Shown here: piece by piece, positions 25,389-38,610 of the stretch
Numbering within the stretch: the stretch's first letter is position 1
How the letters are laid out: every line of letters starts with the position of its first letter
Origin: Vicugna vicugna
Taxonomy: Eukaryota
Direction of reading: 5' to 3'
Assembly: GCA_013265495.1 (NCBI GenBank)
Contig: MU057700.1
Coordinates: forward strand, 651,502-715,501
DNA: 64,000 nt
Program-made: the position numbers and the translations under genes
The notes under the pieces: generated by a model
Database searches by the model: none
Seen by the model: only the letters and a program-made list of their open reading frames with translations
What the model was told of the DNA's origin: nothing

Positions 25389-27445
25389 TAAGCATACATT
25401 ACAGACATTGGGGATTGGGTTCCAAATCATCTCAATAAAGTGATTATCACAGTAAAGCTAGTCACACAAATCTTTTGGTTTCTCGGTGCATATAAAAGTT
25501 ATGTTTCCACTATGCTGTAGTCTGTTAAGTGTGCAGTAACATTATGTCTAAAAATAATGCACATACTTTAATTTAAAAATTATTTATTGGTAAAAAATAC
25601 TAACCATTATCTGAGGCTTCAATGAGTTATAATCTTTTTGGTGGTGAAGGGTCTTGCCTCCATGTTGATGGCTGCTGACTGATCAGGGTGGTAGTTGATG
25701 AATGTTGGGGTGACTCTCAATTTCTTGATATAAGACAACAGTGAAGTCTGCCATGTCAATTGACTCATTCATGTATGATTTCTCTGTAGCGCGTAATGTA
25801 TTACAGCATTTCACTCACAGTATAACTTTTTTTCAAAATTAGTCAATTCTCTCAAACCCTGCTACTGCTTTATCAACTAAGTTTATGTAATATTCTGAAT
25901 CCTTTGTTGTCATTTCAACAAGCTCCACAGCATCTGCACCAGGAGTAGAGCACATCCTGAGACACCACTTTTTTTGCTCATCTGTGAGAAGCAACTCCTC
26001 ATCCACTAAAATTTAATCATAAGATGGCAGCGATTCAATCACATCTTTCAGTTCCACTTCTAATTCTTCTTCTCTTGCTACTTCCATCATATGTTCAGTT
26101 ACTTCCTCCACTGAAGTTTTGAAATCCTCAAAGTCATCTGTGAGGTTTGGAATCAATTTCTTTCAAACTCCCATTACTGTTTTTATTTTAACCCCTTTCC
26201 ACAAATCACAAATATTCTTAATGGCTCTAGAATGGTGAATCTTTTCCAGAAGTTTTTCAACTTACTTTGCCCACATCCATCAGAAGAACCACTATTGATG
26301 GTGGCTATAGTCTTACAAGACGTATTTTTTTAAATAATAATACTTGAAAGTTGAAATTTCTCCTTTCTCCATGTGCTGCAGAATGAATGTTATGTTAGCA
26401 GGCATGAAAACAGCATTAATCTTGTACATCTTCATCAGAGCTCTTGGGTGACCAGATGCATTATCAAAGGAATCTTTTTTTTTTTTGAGCAGTAAGTCTC
26501 AACAGTGGACTAAAAATATTCAGTAAACCACATTGTAAACAGATATGCTGTCATCCAAGCTTTGTTCTTCCATTTATACAGCACAAGTAGACTAGATTTA
26601 GCATAATTCTTAGGGCCTTAGGATTTTTGGAATGGTAAGTGAACATTGGCTTCAACTTAAAGTCTCCTGCTACATTAGCTCCTAACAAGAGAGTCAGCCT
26701 GTCCTGAAGCCAGGCATTGACTTCTCCTCTCCAGTTATAAAATCCTAGATGGCCTCTTCTTCCAATATCAAGCCATTTTGTTTACACTATATATTTGTTG
26801 TTTACTGTAGCCACCTTCATTAATTATGTCAGCTAGATCTTTTGGACAACTTGCTGCCGATTCTACATCAGCACTTGCTTCACCTTGCACTTTTGTGTTA
26901 TAGGGGTGGCTTCTTTCCTGAAACCTCATGAACAAACCTCTGCTAGTTTCAAAATTTTCTTCTGCAACTTCCTCACCATTTTCAGTCTTCATAAAATTGA
27001 AGGGTGTTAAGGCTTTGCTTTAGATTAGGCTTTGGTTTAAGAGAATATTGTGGCTGATTTGATTTTCTACCCATACCACCAAAACTTTCTCCATATCGGA
27101 GCTGTTTAGTTTTCTTGTCACTCCTGTGTTCACTGGAGAAGCACTTCTAATTTCCTTCCAGAATTTTTCCTTTGCATTTACAACTTGGTCAACTGTTTGG
27201 CACAAGAGGACTAAGTTTCAACCTATTTGGCTTTTTACATGCCTTCCTCACTAAGCTTAATTATTTCTGGCTTTTGACTAAAAGTTAGATACATGTGACT
27301 CTTCCTTTCACTTGAACATTTAGAGGCCATTTTAGGGTTATTACTTGGCCCAATTTCATTGTTGTTGTGTTGCTGAAATATTGTGAGAATTACAAAAATG
27401 TGACACAAAGACATGAAGTGAGCAAATGCTTCTGGAAAATGGTGG
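25389..27445 (-). mobile_element. Near full-length Tigger1 DNA transposon with decayed transposase
   Basis: Peptides [26 protein letters not shown]...[25 protein letters not shown] and [53 protein letters not shown] match Tigger1/TIGD1. Degenerate TIR at ~25389; the other terminus is missing. Confidence 0.93.
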
Positions 27446-29454
27446 GTTTTTTTTTTAAGTTATTTGCCTATTTTTCTTATTCCAATTTACTACTTCACTT
27501 TCCTTCTATGACTGTTGGAAAGATTTTATACTCACCTGTTTGCATATGTGGTCCCCTTGCCTCATTAGGCTATAAGTTCCAAGAGTGCAGATACTATGTT
27601 TATTCACTGCTTTACACCCAGGGCCCACACTGGGTACCTAGTTGAGGCTTAATAGTTAGAATGGAAGAATTATTCATTCCCTCAAGCATACAATTGATAA
27701 AAATTAACTTCATTTTTGTCCAAAGACATAGTCTTTAAGTTTTTGGTTTTTATTAAGTTTCTATCTGTATTACTTCTACTCAAAGCCTGCTACATTGCTT
27801 CTATATTTACAATTCTTTTTGTTATGTTCCTGGAAAGGAGGTCTGGTTTCCATATCCCATCTTTTTCTGCTTTTCTTCTTCATTTTATCTTCTCAGATTC
27901 CTTGTCATTTAGTGAAATATGGAAGAAAAATTGTGTGTATTCCATTACCTTAAGCCAACATCTTCAGGTTTTCACCCTCAGTTTAAATCAAAAGGCATTT
28001 ATTGAAGCCAATTTTGGTTCTTACTCATGTTAAGGAATGTTGCTAAGAATATAAACAATATTTACACTAGCTTGCAACTGTTAAATACAAGTATTTATTA
28101 AAGTTACTGATTTTTATACATGGCAAGAGTCCATCTGTGATCTATTTCCTGAAAAATTGAATGGTTTAATGCCTCTACTTTATTTGGAAATATCACTTAT
28201 TTGATTGACTATTTCTATAATCATTTTAAAATAAGTAATATATGTCTTAAAAGTACACTTTTATAATAACATAATTTTCCATGCTATTTCAAAATAAATT
28301 CATCATTCAATTGATAAAACAATCATGATTGAAGACAGATTTTAGCTGGTAATCTGTGCATGCTGTGTTATGCAGGCTGGTTGTATTTTGAGGCTGATTT
28401 TTCTCATATATGACAAAAGACAGTAACATCTACTTCTGGTGCTATTGAGTTCAATTAGGTAGTGTATTTGAAAATCTACCACAGAGCCCAGCAGTTTATA
28501 GGCAATCAATAAATGACAATTCTTTCTCTTTTTTTTTCACAAATCTCTATCAAGTGTCATGTTTTTAGTTACACTAATGTTGCTCTTGTGACTTTAAAAT
28601 TCAAATATTGTATCTTCATATGAAACTATTATGTTATCATTGGTATATTTTTAATCTATCTTTGTAATACCAAGCTCTTTATAATTACTAAAAAAAGTTT
28701 TTCTTAATATTTATGGGACCAATTTTATTTATATTCTGTTCTAAATAAGGGATAGAGGAAAATGAAAATCTCTTTGCTTATAGAAACATGAGTCTTATGA
28801 AGGTTGATGGAAGTATTTGATTTAAGAAAATTACTTTCCCACATTAAGAAAAGTGTTTATATAACAATCTGACTATTAACTACCAGGCATGGTAATTTCA
28901 TCACTCCACCAGCTGTTCACATTTAATATTTGCATAACAGAATGAAAAGTTTCTATAGACCAATAAGGTCTAGATTTTTATTCCTATTCCATGTGGACAC
29001 ACTTTTATCAAAATAATCACTTCTTTCATGAGCTTTCTTTTGGGTCTAATTTACTTTTCTTTTGTAGTTATGTGATGAGGATATAAATTTTTTCCTACAA
29101 GTTAGGTCTGTTAGGTATTATAAAAGCATATCAAGTTTTATCTTACTGATGCAAAAATGAAGACTATTCGAATGAAAAACTGATAAATGCTCAGCAAAGT
29201 ACAAAACAGTTTGTGCTTTATGGTTTGCATAAGGTGTTCCTATTTGTAACAGTGTATTGAACATTCTATCTCCTTTGAAATGGCAATAAAATTATTTGTT
29301 TGCCCTGAAGAATTATTCATATTCTTATGTATTTGTTATTGATATACATCTATAAATTGTAATGGAAAAAAAATTCTAGCATTCTTACTCTTCATATGAT
29401 TTAGTTGAAATACATTGTGAACATGTATTTATGTGTATGTGTGTATACAAACAT

Positions 29455-29491
29455 ATGTGAGAGTTTGTGTATGCACATGTATACATACACG

Positions 29492-29523
<32 letters not shown>

Positions 29524-29525
29524 TA
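29455..29525 (+). repeat. (TA)n(CA)n microsatellite
   Basis: Direct reading. Confidence 0.85.
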
Positions 29526-30451
29526 TCCTTACACATACATGAATTTTACACCTGCTATATATGCCCATTTGAGGTATGAAAGAAGAGTAAAAGAAAAAAT
29601 ATGATGCTCAGAAGAAAACTGCAATTAAAATTTAAATACTGCCTCCATTATTAAATTTTTAATCACTGACCTATTAAGAAAATGAGGCAAAAAATAGGTG
29701 AAAGTGGAAGGCTTAGGAATTGGTAAAATGTCAATGTCTGTTTTACCCTGGCTGTACTGATGGATCTTCATCATATTAAAGTGATGAATTTATGGGAGTT
29801 GTGATAAAATCTGGAGGCGAGCCCAAGTGAGAAGGCTAATAGGACATTCCAGAATAAAGAAGAAACTGAAGAAAAAAAAGAGAGAAAGAGAGAGAGAGAG
29901 ATTTTAATTTTATGTGTAAAAAGGAGGCATCAGCAAGCAACTTGCTTACCTTGACCTTAAAACTGAGCTGAAGGGAGACAATTCTCCACTAAGAATCCAT
30001 AATCATATGCTGGCCCTTGCAAAAGTTTCATCTTCACATCAGGTGGAGATGGTGGGATGGGGAATCCATGCAGATTGTTTTAATTTAGCATGATCTAGAG
30101 TAGATTGTTTTCTATTTGTCTGGCAGAGGAAAAGGCAAATACTTTTGGGGTGAAAAATTTCAACTCAGCTGTGAACATTTTTATGAAGTAATAATTCAGT
30201 GAAAAGTGATAAAGCACAAAGGAAGAGTGTCAACAGGCTGAGCTAGAAGAAACAAGTGTGAGCTGAATAGGGGCCCAAAATACTTCAAATAACAGCATTA
30301 TGAGACAGAGGAAAAAATATTACTTAGTCTGTTACAAAAGAGAATTAATGGAAATGAATATATAAGAAATATGGAGGAGTCTATAAAAATAATCAAGACA
30401 TTTTGAAAAGTTAGAACTTTTTTCTGTGTGTGTGTTACACAGGACAGTGAC

Positions 30452-33400
30452 TATTTTTTGTTTATTTTGTTTTTTTTAGCATTTTTATTGTTATAGTCAT
30501 TTTACAATGTTGTGTCAAATTCAAGTGTACAGCACAATTTTTCAGCTATACATGAACATACATATATATTCATTGTCCCTTTTGTTTTTCACTGTGAGTT
30601 ACCACAAAATCCTGCATATATTCCCCTGTGCTATACAGTATAATCTTGTTTATCTACTCTGCATTTTAAAATCCCAGTCTGTCCCACCCCCTGCCCCCCA
30701 GCAACCACAAGCTTGTACTCTATGTCTATGAGTCTGTTTCTGTTTTGTATTTATGTTTTATTTTGTTTTGTTTCTTAGATTCCTCATATGAGCTATCTCA
30801 CATGGTATTTTTCTCTCTCCCTCTGGCTCACTTCACTTCGAATGACATTCTCCAGGAACATCCATGTTGCTGCAAATGGTGTTATGTTGTTGGTTTTTGT
30901 GGCTGAATAGTACTCTGTTGAATAAATATACCACTTCTTCATCATCCAGTCATCTGTTGATGGACATTTAGGCTGTTTCCATGTCTTGGCTATTGTAAAT
31001 AGTGCTGCTATGAACATTGGGGTGTAGGTGTCATTTTGAAGTAGGGTTCCTTCTGGATATATCCCCAGGAGTGGTATTCCTGGGTCATATGGTAAGTCTA
31101 TTCCTACTCTTTTGAGGAATCTCCATACTGTTTTCCACAGTGGCTTTCCTTGCTTCCCTCTCCCACTCTTAATGATTTAGATGTCTTCTTTTAGAATTTT
31201 GTATTTATTCTTTTTGTAATTCATGGCAGTTATCTCCTTTCCAGTTATGAGTTTCTCATTTTTGTAGCATCCTGCTTCTTTTCTATTTAGATTAGACCTG
31301 TCAATATTTCTTTGAGCATGGGTTTAGTGTTGCTAAACCCTTTTAGTTTTTGCTTGTCTGTGAAGTTCTTTATCTCTCCTTCTATTCTAAAGGATAGCCT
31401 TGCTGGATAGAGTATCCTAGGCTGCATCTTTTTTTCATTCAGGACTTCGAATATATCTTGCCTCTCCCTTCTGGCCTGTAGTGTTTGTGTAGAGAAATCA
31501 GCTGAGAGCCTTATGGGGGTTCCCTTGTAACTCACTCTTTGGTTTTCTCTTGCTGCCTTTAGGATCATTTCTTTATCCTTGAATCTGGCCATCTTGATTA
31601 TGATATGTCTTGGTGTGGGTCTGTTTGGGTTCTTTCTGTTTGGGACCCTCTGAGCCTCCTGTACTTGGATATCTGATTCCTTTAGGTTTGGGAAGTTTTC
31701 AGTCATGATTTCTTCCAATACCTTTTCAATCCCCTTTGTTCTTTCTTCCCCTTCTGGAACCCCTATTATGCATAGATTGGCATCCTTTATATTATTACAT
31801 AGGTCCCTTATATTGTTTTCATTGTTTTTTAGCTGTTTTTCTCTCAGCTGTTCTGATTGGGTGCTTTCTATTGTCCTGTCTTCTAGGTCACTTATTCATT
31901 CCTCTGCATTATCTAGCCTGCTTTGTACAGCCTTTAGGTCAGCTCTCATCTCAGCAAATGAGCTCACTAATTCTACTTGGTTCTTCTTTATAGCTTCTAT
32001 TTCAATTTTCACATATTTTATATCTCTAAACACTATTTCTTTTAGTTCGTTCAGTACTTTGATCACTCCTTTTTTGAAATCTTGATCTAGTAGGCCATCA
32101 ATGTCTATTTCCTTGATGGTGCTTTCAGGGGATTTCTCTTGATCTTTTAATTGGGAGTGATTCCTCTTCTTCTTCATATTGCTCATATCTCTCTGGCACT
32201 GTGGGTTAAGGAGTATCAGTTATCTAGTTCTCCTGGAGACGGTGTACTCTTAATGATTTTATTGAGAGGTCTTTGTGTCTTCACCCTGTTTCGCAAACTC
32301 AGCTTGCTGTTTCCAGAGGCCCTCTGTTGGCGCCCTCATCTGTGCTGCTTCTAGTGGCTGTCAGTAAGCAGATCGTGACCCCTCCCAACACTGTGTCAGG
32401 TGCTGAGCTCTTACCCAGAGGGCGGGCAGGCCACTCCCCCTTCAGATGCCACAGTCAGATGCTGTGCTCAGGCAAAGCAGGTGGGCAGATTGCGCCCCCT
32501 CCCAGCACCGTGGTCAGGTTCTGCATTCCTGCCAGGAGGGCAGGTGACCACCCGCTCTCTACCAGCTCCAGTGGCTCCGCTGCTCTGTGCAGCTGCCTGC
32601 TCTGCCTCGGGTCGGTGCTCCGAAGGCGGGCTCTGGGAAGACCGTGGAATTGCCCCGCCCCTGCTCCATGCCAAATCTCAGCTCCTTGTTTGTCTTGGTG
32701 GCACGAGTTCTCTGAGGTGCCAGGGCAGAAAGATCCTATCTGCATCAGACTGCAAACAAGTCTCAGTCCTGCCTAGGAGGTTGTGGAGCCCCCAGGTGTG
32801 GATTCAGGGCTTGGCCCTGCCCCTGCCCTGCCACTGCACACAGGAGGAGATGGCAGCTGCTGCTGCTCACTGCCTCTCTTCTGGCGAGAAACGCCAGTAA
32901 TGGCGGCACAGATCTGAGGATACAGAGGCTACAGCGCCCCTCCCCCCAGGGCATACTAGCAGTGTTGCTTTGCTTTTTTCACAGTTTATGGGAGACTGAG
33001 GTTGTTCTGCTCCATATCCCCTCCCAGCCACAGCGCGCAGCTCCCTGCAGTCCCCCGGGGCTTCCTCAGTGCAGCTGCCCCTGTCATCCACCCGGCTGGG
33101 GAGGCCTGTCCTGGCCCCCAGTTGCTGGCTCAAATCTCGGGCTGGGTGTCACGGGGACCCTTTGTTCCCATTTAACTGAGTTCTGTTGGTCAAGGGGAGC
33201 TTGGGGCAGATCTGAACCTGGGAGGCTCCCCCTCTGTCCCGCTGGCCTCTCCAATGGAGAGGGGAGACCAAGCAAATAAGCACCAGTCCTACTTTGCTGC
33301 TCCCTCCCTACAGGATTGGTCCCACGCTGTTTTGCTTTTTCTTCTTTCTTTTTTCCCTTTCTCTTACCAGATTTTTGACGTCTTTGTCTTTTGAAGAAGG

Positions 33401-33529
33401 CGATGTTCTGTCGGAGTTTGGCAGGTGTTCTGGTTGGCTGAGTAGGTCCATAGATGTGAGTTTTAGTGTATTTGTGGGAGAGGGTGAGCTACAAGTGTCC
33501 TTCTACTCTGCCATCTTTCCTCTCTCTCC
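30452..33529 (-). mobile_element. Young lineage-specific L1 with full 5'UTR and ORF1 but ORF2 almost entirely deleted
   Basis: 5' start GGAGAGAGAGGAAAGATGGCAGAG; ~1.3-kb GC-rich 5'UTR; ORF1 (32186-31287, MSNMKKKRNHSQLKDQEKSPE...PRILYPARLSF..., with stops); spacer fused at 31143/31144 to the ORF2 C-terminus/3'UTR; A-rich tail; TSDs described in findings. Confidence 0.95.
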
Positions 33530-33556
33530 GACAGTGACCAAAAAGTTAGAACTTTT

Positions 33557-35540
33557 AAAACTTAAAAATTTAGTAACTGAAAATAAAAATTCAACCAATG
33601 CATTAAACCACACATTAGACCAAGCTGAAGAGCTAGCTAGATATGTTAGATATGAAGCAATGGACCAGAATGCAATTCAGAGAAACAAAGAAATAGAAAA
33701 TATGAAAGATTAAGACATATAACAATCAGAATTAAAAGATGTAACTTCTATTTTATTAACTTTCCAGAGAAATATCATGGAGAATTGTGAGAGAAAATAA
33801 TTAAAGCAATAATAATTGCCTAATAATGGCAGTTATGAAAAGCTCAAAGAAATCAAGATACATAAATAAATCTGTAGCTAGATCTATAACAGTGAAGATG
33901 AAGAACACAAAAACCATAGAGAGTCTCTTAAAAAATATTTACAAAAAAAAAAAAAAGATTCATGGCTGACTTCACAATAACAACCAAAGGAAGCCATAAT
34001 ATGCTTTCAGTAGTTGGTTTCCTAGGTTTAGATATTTTGTGAAATCATTTACGACTACTGGTAAAATAGTTCCATTAAAGACAGAGACACTTATATTCAT
34101 ACTAATCCTATGCTCATAACAGTTATAAACTCTGGGAAAAATAAACAAGATAACTATTTGAAAATAACTAAATATATGTTTGGTTTTCATATATTCTGCC
34201 TGTAAACTTACAAACCTTTGAAACATCACATACACATGGCAGAGATAGTAAAATTTGACACACTACACATCAATAAAAACCACACTATTGTTTTTTCCAT
34301 GTGCCCTACAATCTCAGTAACTGGGGTGGTGAATTGAAGCCATTGTTTATTAAATTTTAGATCCCATCTTCTTTTTTAGAAATACCTATATCCCAAATAT
34401 TATAGTTCAAGATTTTTACAGACAAGAGCTTCCAGGTATGAAATATTGCCCATTGATCCTGTTCACGGGTGACACGGTGCTATTCTCTTATCAGTCCAAT
34501 ACCAGCAATTTCACCACTGAGGAGGTATTAGAGAAGGTGAGAAGGTGACAGATAACACGAACTAGAAAGACGTTAGAGAATAAAACACTATAGTCTAGTT
34601 TTGTCCTGTCATTACTTGGGTATACCAGAGGCTTTTGCACTACTGCAGCCTGATCTTCTAAATTCCCAGTAATTGTCCCTAACTGTCTTCCAGAAGCAAA
34701 AGTAAATCTTCCCTGGAAAAACCTCAAATTATCTCTATAATTTTTTCAATCTTTCAGATAATAATTTTTCAGATCATCATACAAACATGACTATACTTAT
34801 TTTGCAATCATCTTGTAATGTACAGAAATACTGAATCACTGTGTTGTGCACCAGAAAACAACATAGTGTTGTAGGTTATTTATACTTCAAAAACAAACTC
34901 ATAGAAAAGTAGATCAGATTTGTGGTTACTAGAGGCGGGGGCAGGGGGGAGACTGGATCAAGGTATAAAAGGTACAAACTTACAGTTATAAGATACTAGA
35001 AATGTAATGTATGTTATGATAAATATAATTAACATTGCTGTATGTTATATATGACAGTTATTGAGAGTAAATTCTAAGAGTTTTCATCACAAGGAAAAGT
35101 TTTTTTCTTTTTCTTTGTATAAGACAATGGATGTGCACTAAACTTACTGTGGTAGTCATTTCATGACATACATAAGTCAAATTATTATGCTGTGTAACTA
35201 ACACTTATACAGTGCAACTAACACTTATACAGTGCTGTATATCAATTATATTTAAATAAAGCTGTAAAGAAAATTTCTTAAAAATTAAAAACTTTAAAGC
35301 AATCAGAGCTCCTTTAAAAAATCAGATAGAAATGTTAGAACTGAAAACTGCAATAACTAAGATTAAGAATTTAAAATATGAATTTAACAACATATTAGAT
35401 GGCAGAGGAGAGGATTAGTAAACTAAAGTAGATATTAGAAAATATTTTAAGTAAAAAGAGAGGGAGAAAAACTAGGAGAAAGGAACAGGAGTTATATGTA
35501 GGACACTATGAAAATATCACATATCATTAGAGAATTTCAA
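33557..35540 (+). mobile_element. Cluster of old L1 pieces (ORF1-like 33557-34140 and 35290-35540; L1MA-like 3' end ~34790-35285)
   Basis: AAAAATTTAGTAACTGAAAATAAAAATTCAAC...TTAGACCAAGCTGAAGAG ORF1 coiled-coil signature; TGTGGTTACTAGAGGCGGGGG...GGTACAAACTTACAGTTATAAG 3' end. Confidence 0.65.
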
Positions 35541-35544
35541 ATTC

Positions 35545-38475
35545 AAGCTATCACTGTATACCTATTAGAAGGGCCACAGTCCAAATGTTGGTAACACCAA
35601 ATGTGGAGTAGTGGAGTAACAGGAGCTTTTCATTTTCTGCTGGTAGATACATTTAGGAAGATAGCTTGGAAGCTTCTTACAAAACTTAACATATTTTTAC
35701 CATACAGTCAAACAATGGTGCTCCTTTCATGTTTATCCAAAGGACCTGAAAACATGTTCGCACAAAAATTTGCACCCAGATATTTATATCAGTTTTATTA
35801 ATAATTTTTAAAACTTAATGCAGTCAAGATGTCCTTCAGTAGATAATAAAAAATTGTGATACAACCAGATAGTGCAATAGTCTGAATGCATATTACTAAG
35901 TGAAAGAATCCAATCTGGAAAGGTTATACATATACTGTGTGATTCACATGACATTATGGAAAAGGTAAAACTATGGGTGGGGACACTAAAAAGGTCAATG
36001 GTTGCCAGTCGCTAGTTGCGGGGGGAGGGTTGAATAGGCAGAGCACAGAGAATTTTTAGGGTGGCAAAACTATTCTATAAATGGTGAATACAAGTCATTA
36101 TACATTTGTCAGAAATCAGAATATATGCCTATTGAGCATTTGTATTTCTTCCTTGGAGAATTGCTAGTTTAGGTCTTTTGCCCATTTTTGGATTGGGTTG
36201 TTTTGTTTTTTTCTTATTAAGTTGTATGAGATGCTTATATATTCTGGAAATCAAGCCTTTGTCGGTTTCATTTGAGAAAATTTTCTCCCATTCAGTAGGT
36301 TGTCTTTTTCTTTTACTTATGGTTTCCTTTGCTGTGCAGAAGCTTGTAAGTTTCATTAGGTCCCATTTGTTTATTATTGCTTTTATTTCTATTGCTTGGG
36401 TAGACTGCCCTAGGAGAACATTTTTGAGATGTATGTGAGATAATGCTTTGCCTATGTTTTCTTCTAGGAGGTTTATTGCATCCTATGTTTAAGTCTTTGA
36501 TCCATTTTGAGTCTATTTTTGTGTATGGTGTGAGGGAGTGTTCTAATTTCATTGACTTACATGCTGCTGTCCAGTTTTCCCAACACCATTTGCTGGAGAG
36601 ACTGTCTTTATTTCATTGTATATTCTTGCCTCCTTTGTTGAAGATTAGTTAACCAAAAGTTTGTGGGTTCATTTCTGGGCTCTCTATTCTGTTCCATTGG
36701 TTTATATGTCTGTTTTTGTACCAATACCATGCTGTCTTGCTGACTGTAGCTCTATAGTATTGCCTGAAGTCTGGGAGAGTTATTCCTCTAGACTCTTTCT
36801 TTTTCTTCAGTAATGCTTTAGCAATTCTAGGTCTTTTGTGGTTCCATGTAAATTTTATTATGATTTGTTCTAGTTCTGTGAAATATGTCCTGGGTAATTT
36901 GATAGGGATTGAATTAAATTTGTAGATTGCCTTGGGCAGTGTGACCATTTTAACAATATTGATTCTTCCAATTCAAGAGCATGGAATATCTTTCCATTTT
37001 TTAAAATCTTCTTTAATTTCCTTCATCAGTGGTTTATAGTTTTCTGTGTATAATTCTTTCACCTCCTTTGTTAGATTTATTCCTAGGTAATTTATTACTT
37101 TGGGTGTTATTTTAAAGGGGATTGTTTCTTTCCTTTCTTTTTCTGTTGATTCATCATTAGTGTAAAGAAATGCAACTGATTTTTGAATGTTATTCTTGTA
37201 ACCTGCTACCTTGCTGAATTTTTCAATCAACTTTAGTAGTTTTTGTGTGGAGCTTTTAGGATTTTCTTTATATAGTAACATGTCATCAGCATATAGTGAC
37301 ACTTTTACCTCTTCTTTTCCAATTTGGATCCGTTTTATTTCTCTCTCTTGCCTGATTGCTGTGGCTAGGACTTCAAGACTATGTTGAATAGGAGTGGTGA
37401 TAGTGGGCATCTTTGTCTTGTCCCAGATTTTAGTAGGAAGCTTTTAAGTTTTTCAACATCATTCAAAAATCCACAAATGACAAATGCTGGAGAGGCTGTA
37501 GAGAAAAGGGAACCCTCCTACACTGCTGGTGGGAATGCAGTTTGGTGCAGCCACTGTGGGAAACAGTATGGAGATTCCTCAAAAGACTAGGAATAGACTT
37601 AGCATATGACCCAGGAATCCTGCTCCTGGGCATATACCCAGAAGGACCCCTACTTCAAAATCACACCTGCACCCCAATGTTCATAGCAGCACTATTTACA
37701 ATAGCCAAGACATGGAAACAGCCTAAATGTCCATCAACAGATGACTGGATGAAGAAGAAGTGGTATATTTATACAACAGAATACAATTCAGCCGTAAAAA
37801 CCGAGAACATAGCACCATTTGCAGCAACACGGATGTTCCTGGAGAATGTCATTCTAAGTAAGCCAGAAAGAGAAAGAAAAATACCATATGAGATCGCTCA
37901 TATGTGGAATCTAAAACAAAACAAAACAACAACATCAAAAAAGCATAAATACAAAAGAGAAACAGACTCATAGACATAGAATACAATCTTGTGGATGCCA
38001 ACGGGGTGGGGGATGGTAAGGGACAGACTGGAATTTCAAAATGTAGAATAGATAAACAAGATTATACTGTATAGCACAGGGAAATATATACAAGATCTTA
38101 TGGTAGCTCACAGAGAAAAAAACATGACAATGAATATATATATGTTCATGTATAACTGAAAAATTGTTCTACACTGGAATTTGACACAACATTGTAAAAT
38201 GATTATAAATCAATAAAAATGTTAAAAAAATGTTAAAAAGAAAAAACAAATCAGAATATACAACACTGAAAGTGAACGCTAATGCAACTGTGGACTTTAG
38301 GTGACAAAGATGTATCAATGTTCGTTCATGCACTGTAACAAATGGATCACTGTATTCAGGATGTTGATAGCCAGAGAGGATGTGTGTGTGTGGACAGGAG
38401 ATACATGGGAACTCTACTTTTCACATAATTTTGCTGTGAGTAAAACTGCTCAAAAATAAAGTTTATTAATTAAAA
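35545..38475 (+). mobile_element. L1MC-like 3' end, host of the inverted L1 at 36126-38247
   Basis: GAATAGGCAGAGCACAGAGAATTTTTAGGGTGG...TACATTTGTC continues after the insertion as CAACACTGAAAGTGAACGCTAATGCAACTGTGGACTTTAGG...AAAATAAAGTTTATT. Confidence 0.8.
36126..38247. mobile_element. Young 5'-inverted (twin-primed) L1: ORF2 part on minus (36126-~37455), 3' end on plus (~37456-38247)
   Basis: Minus-strand RT peptide ([10 protein letters not shown]) and later ORF2; plus-strand [11 protein letters not shown]...CTPMFIAALFTIAKTWKQPKCP; poly(A); 13-bp TSD AAATCAGAATATA at 36113-36125 and 38248-38260. Confidence 0.95.
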
Positions 38476-38554
38476 ATAGTAAGACAAAGATTTGGATACG
38501 TTAATATAAAATTTCTTATTATTTAGAATATGTAGAATGCAATAGAAATATTAC

Positions 38555-38610
38555 CATGTCCTGAATTTCACCTATAGGCGTATTTCTTGCTCCCAAGTAT
38601 AAGATGTTAC
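38555..38610 (-). CDS. Putative exon D of the same gene
   Basis: Tandem acceptor TTCTTAATTCTTCTGTAGTAG|, donor ATG|GTAATA, open frame GNILYLGARNTPIGEIQDM. Confidence 0.35.

Noticed and set aside
31705..33713. Plus-strand ORFs antisense to the L1 5'UTR/ORF1
   Set aside because: Antisense frames of L1 sequence; a single copy gives no evidence for an ORF0-like product.
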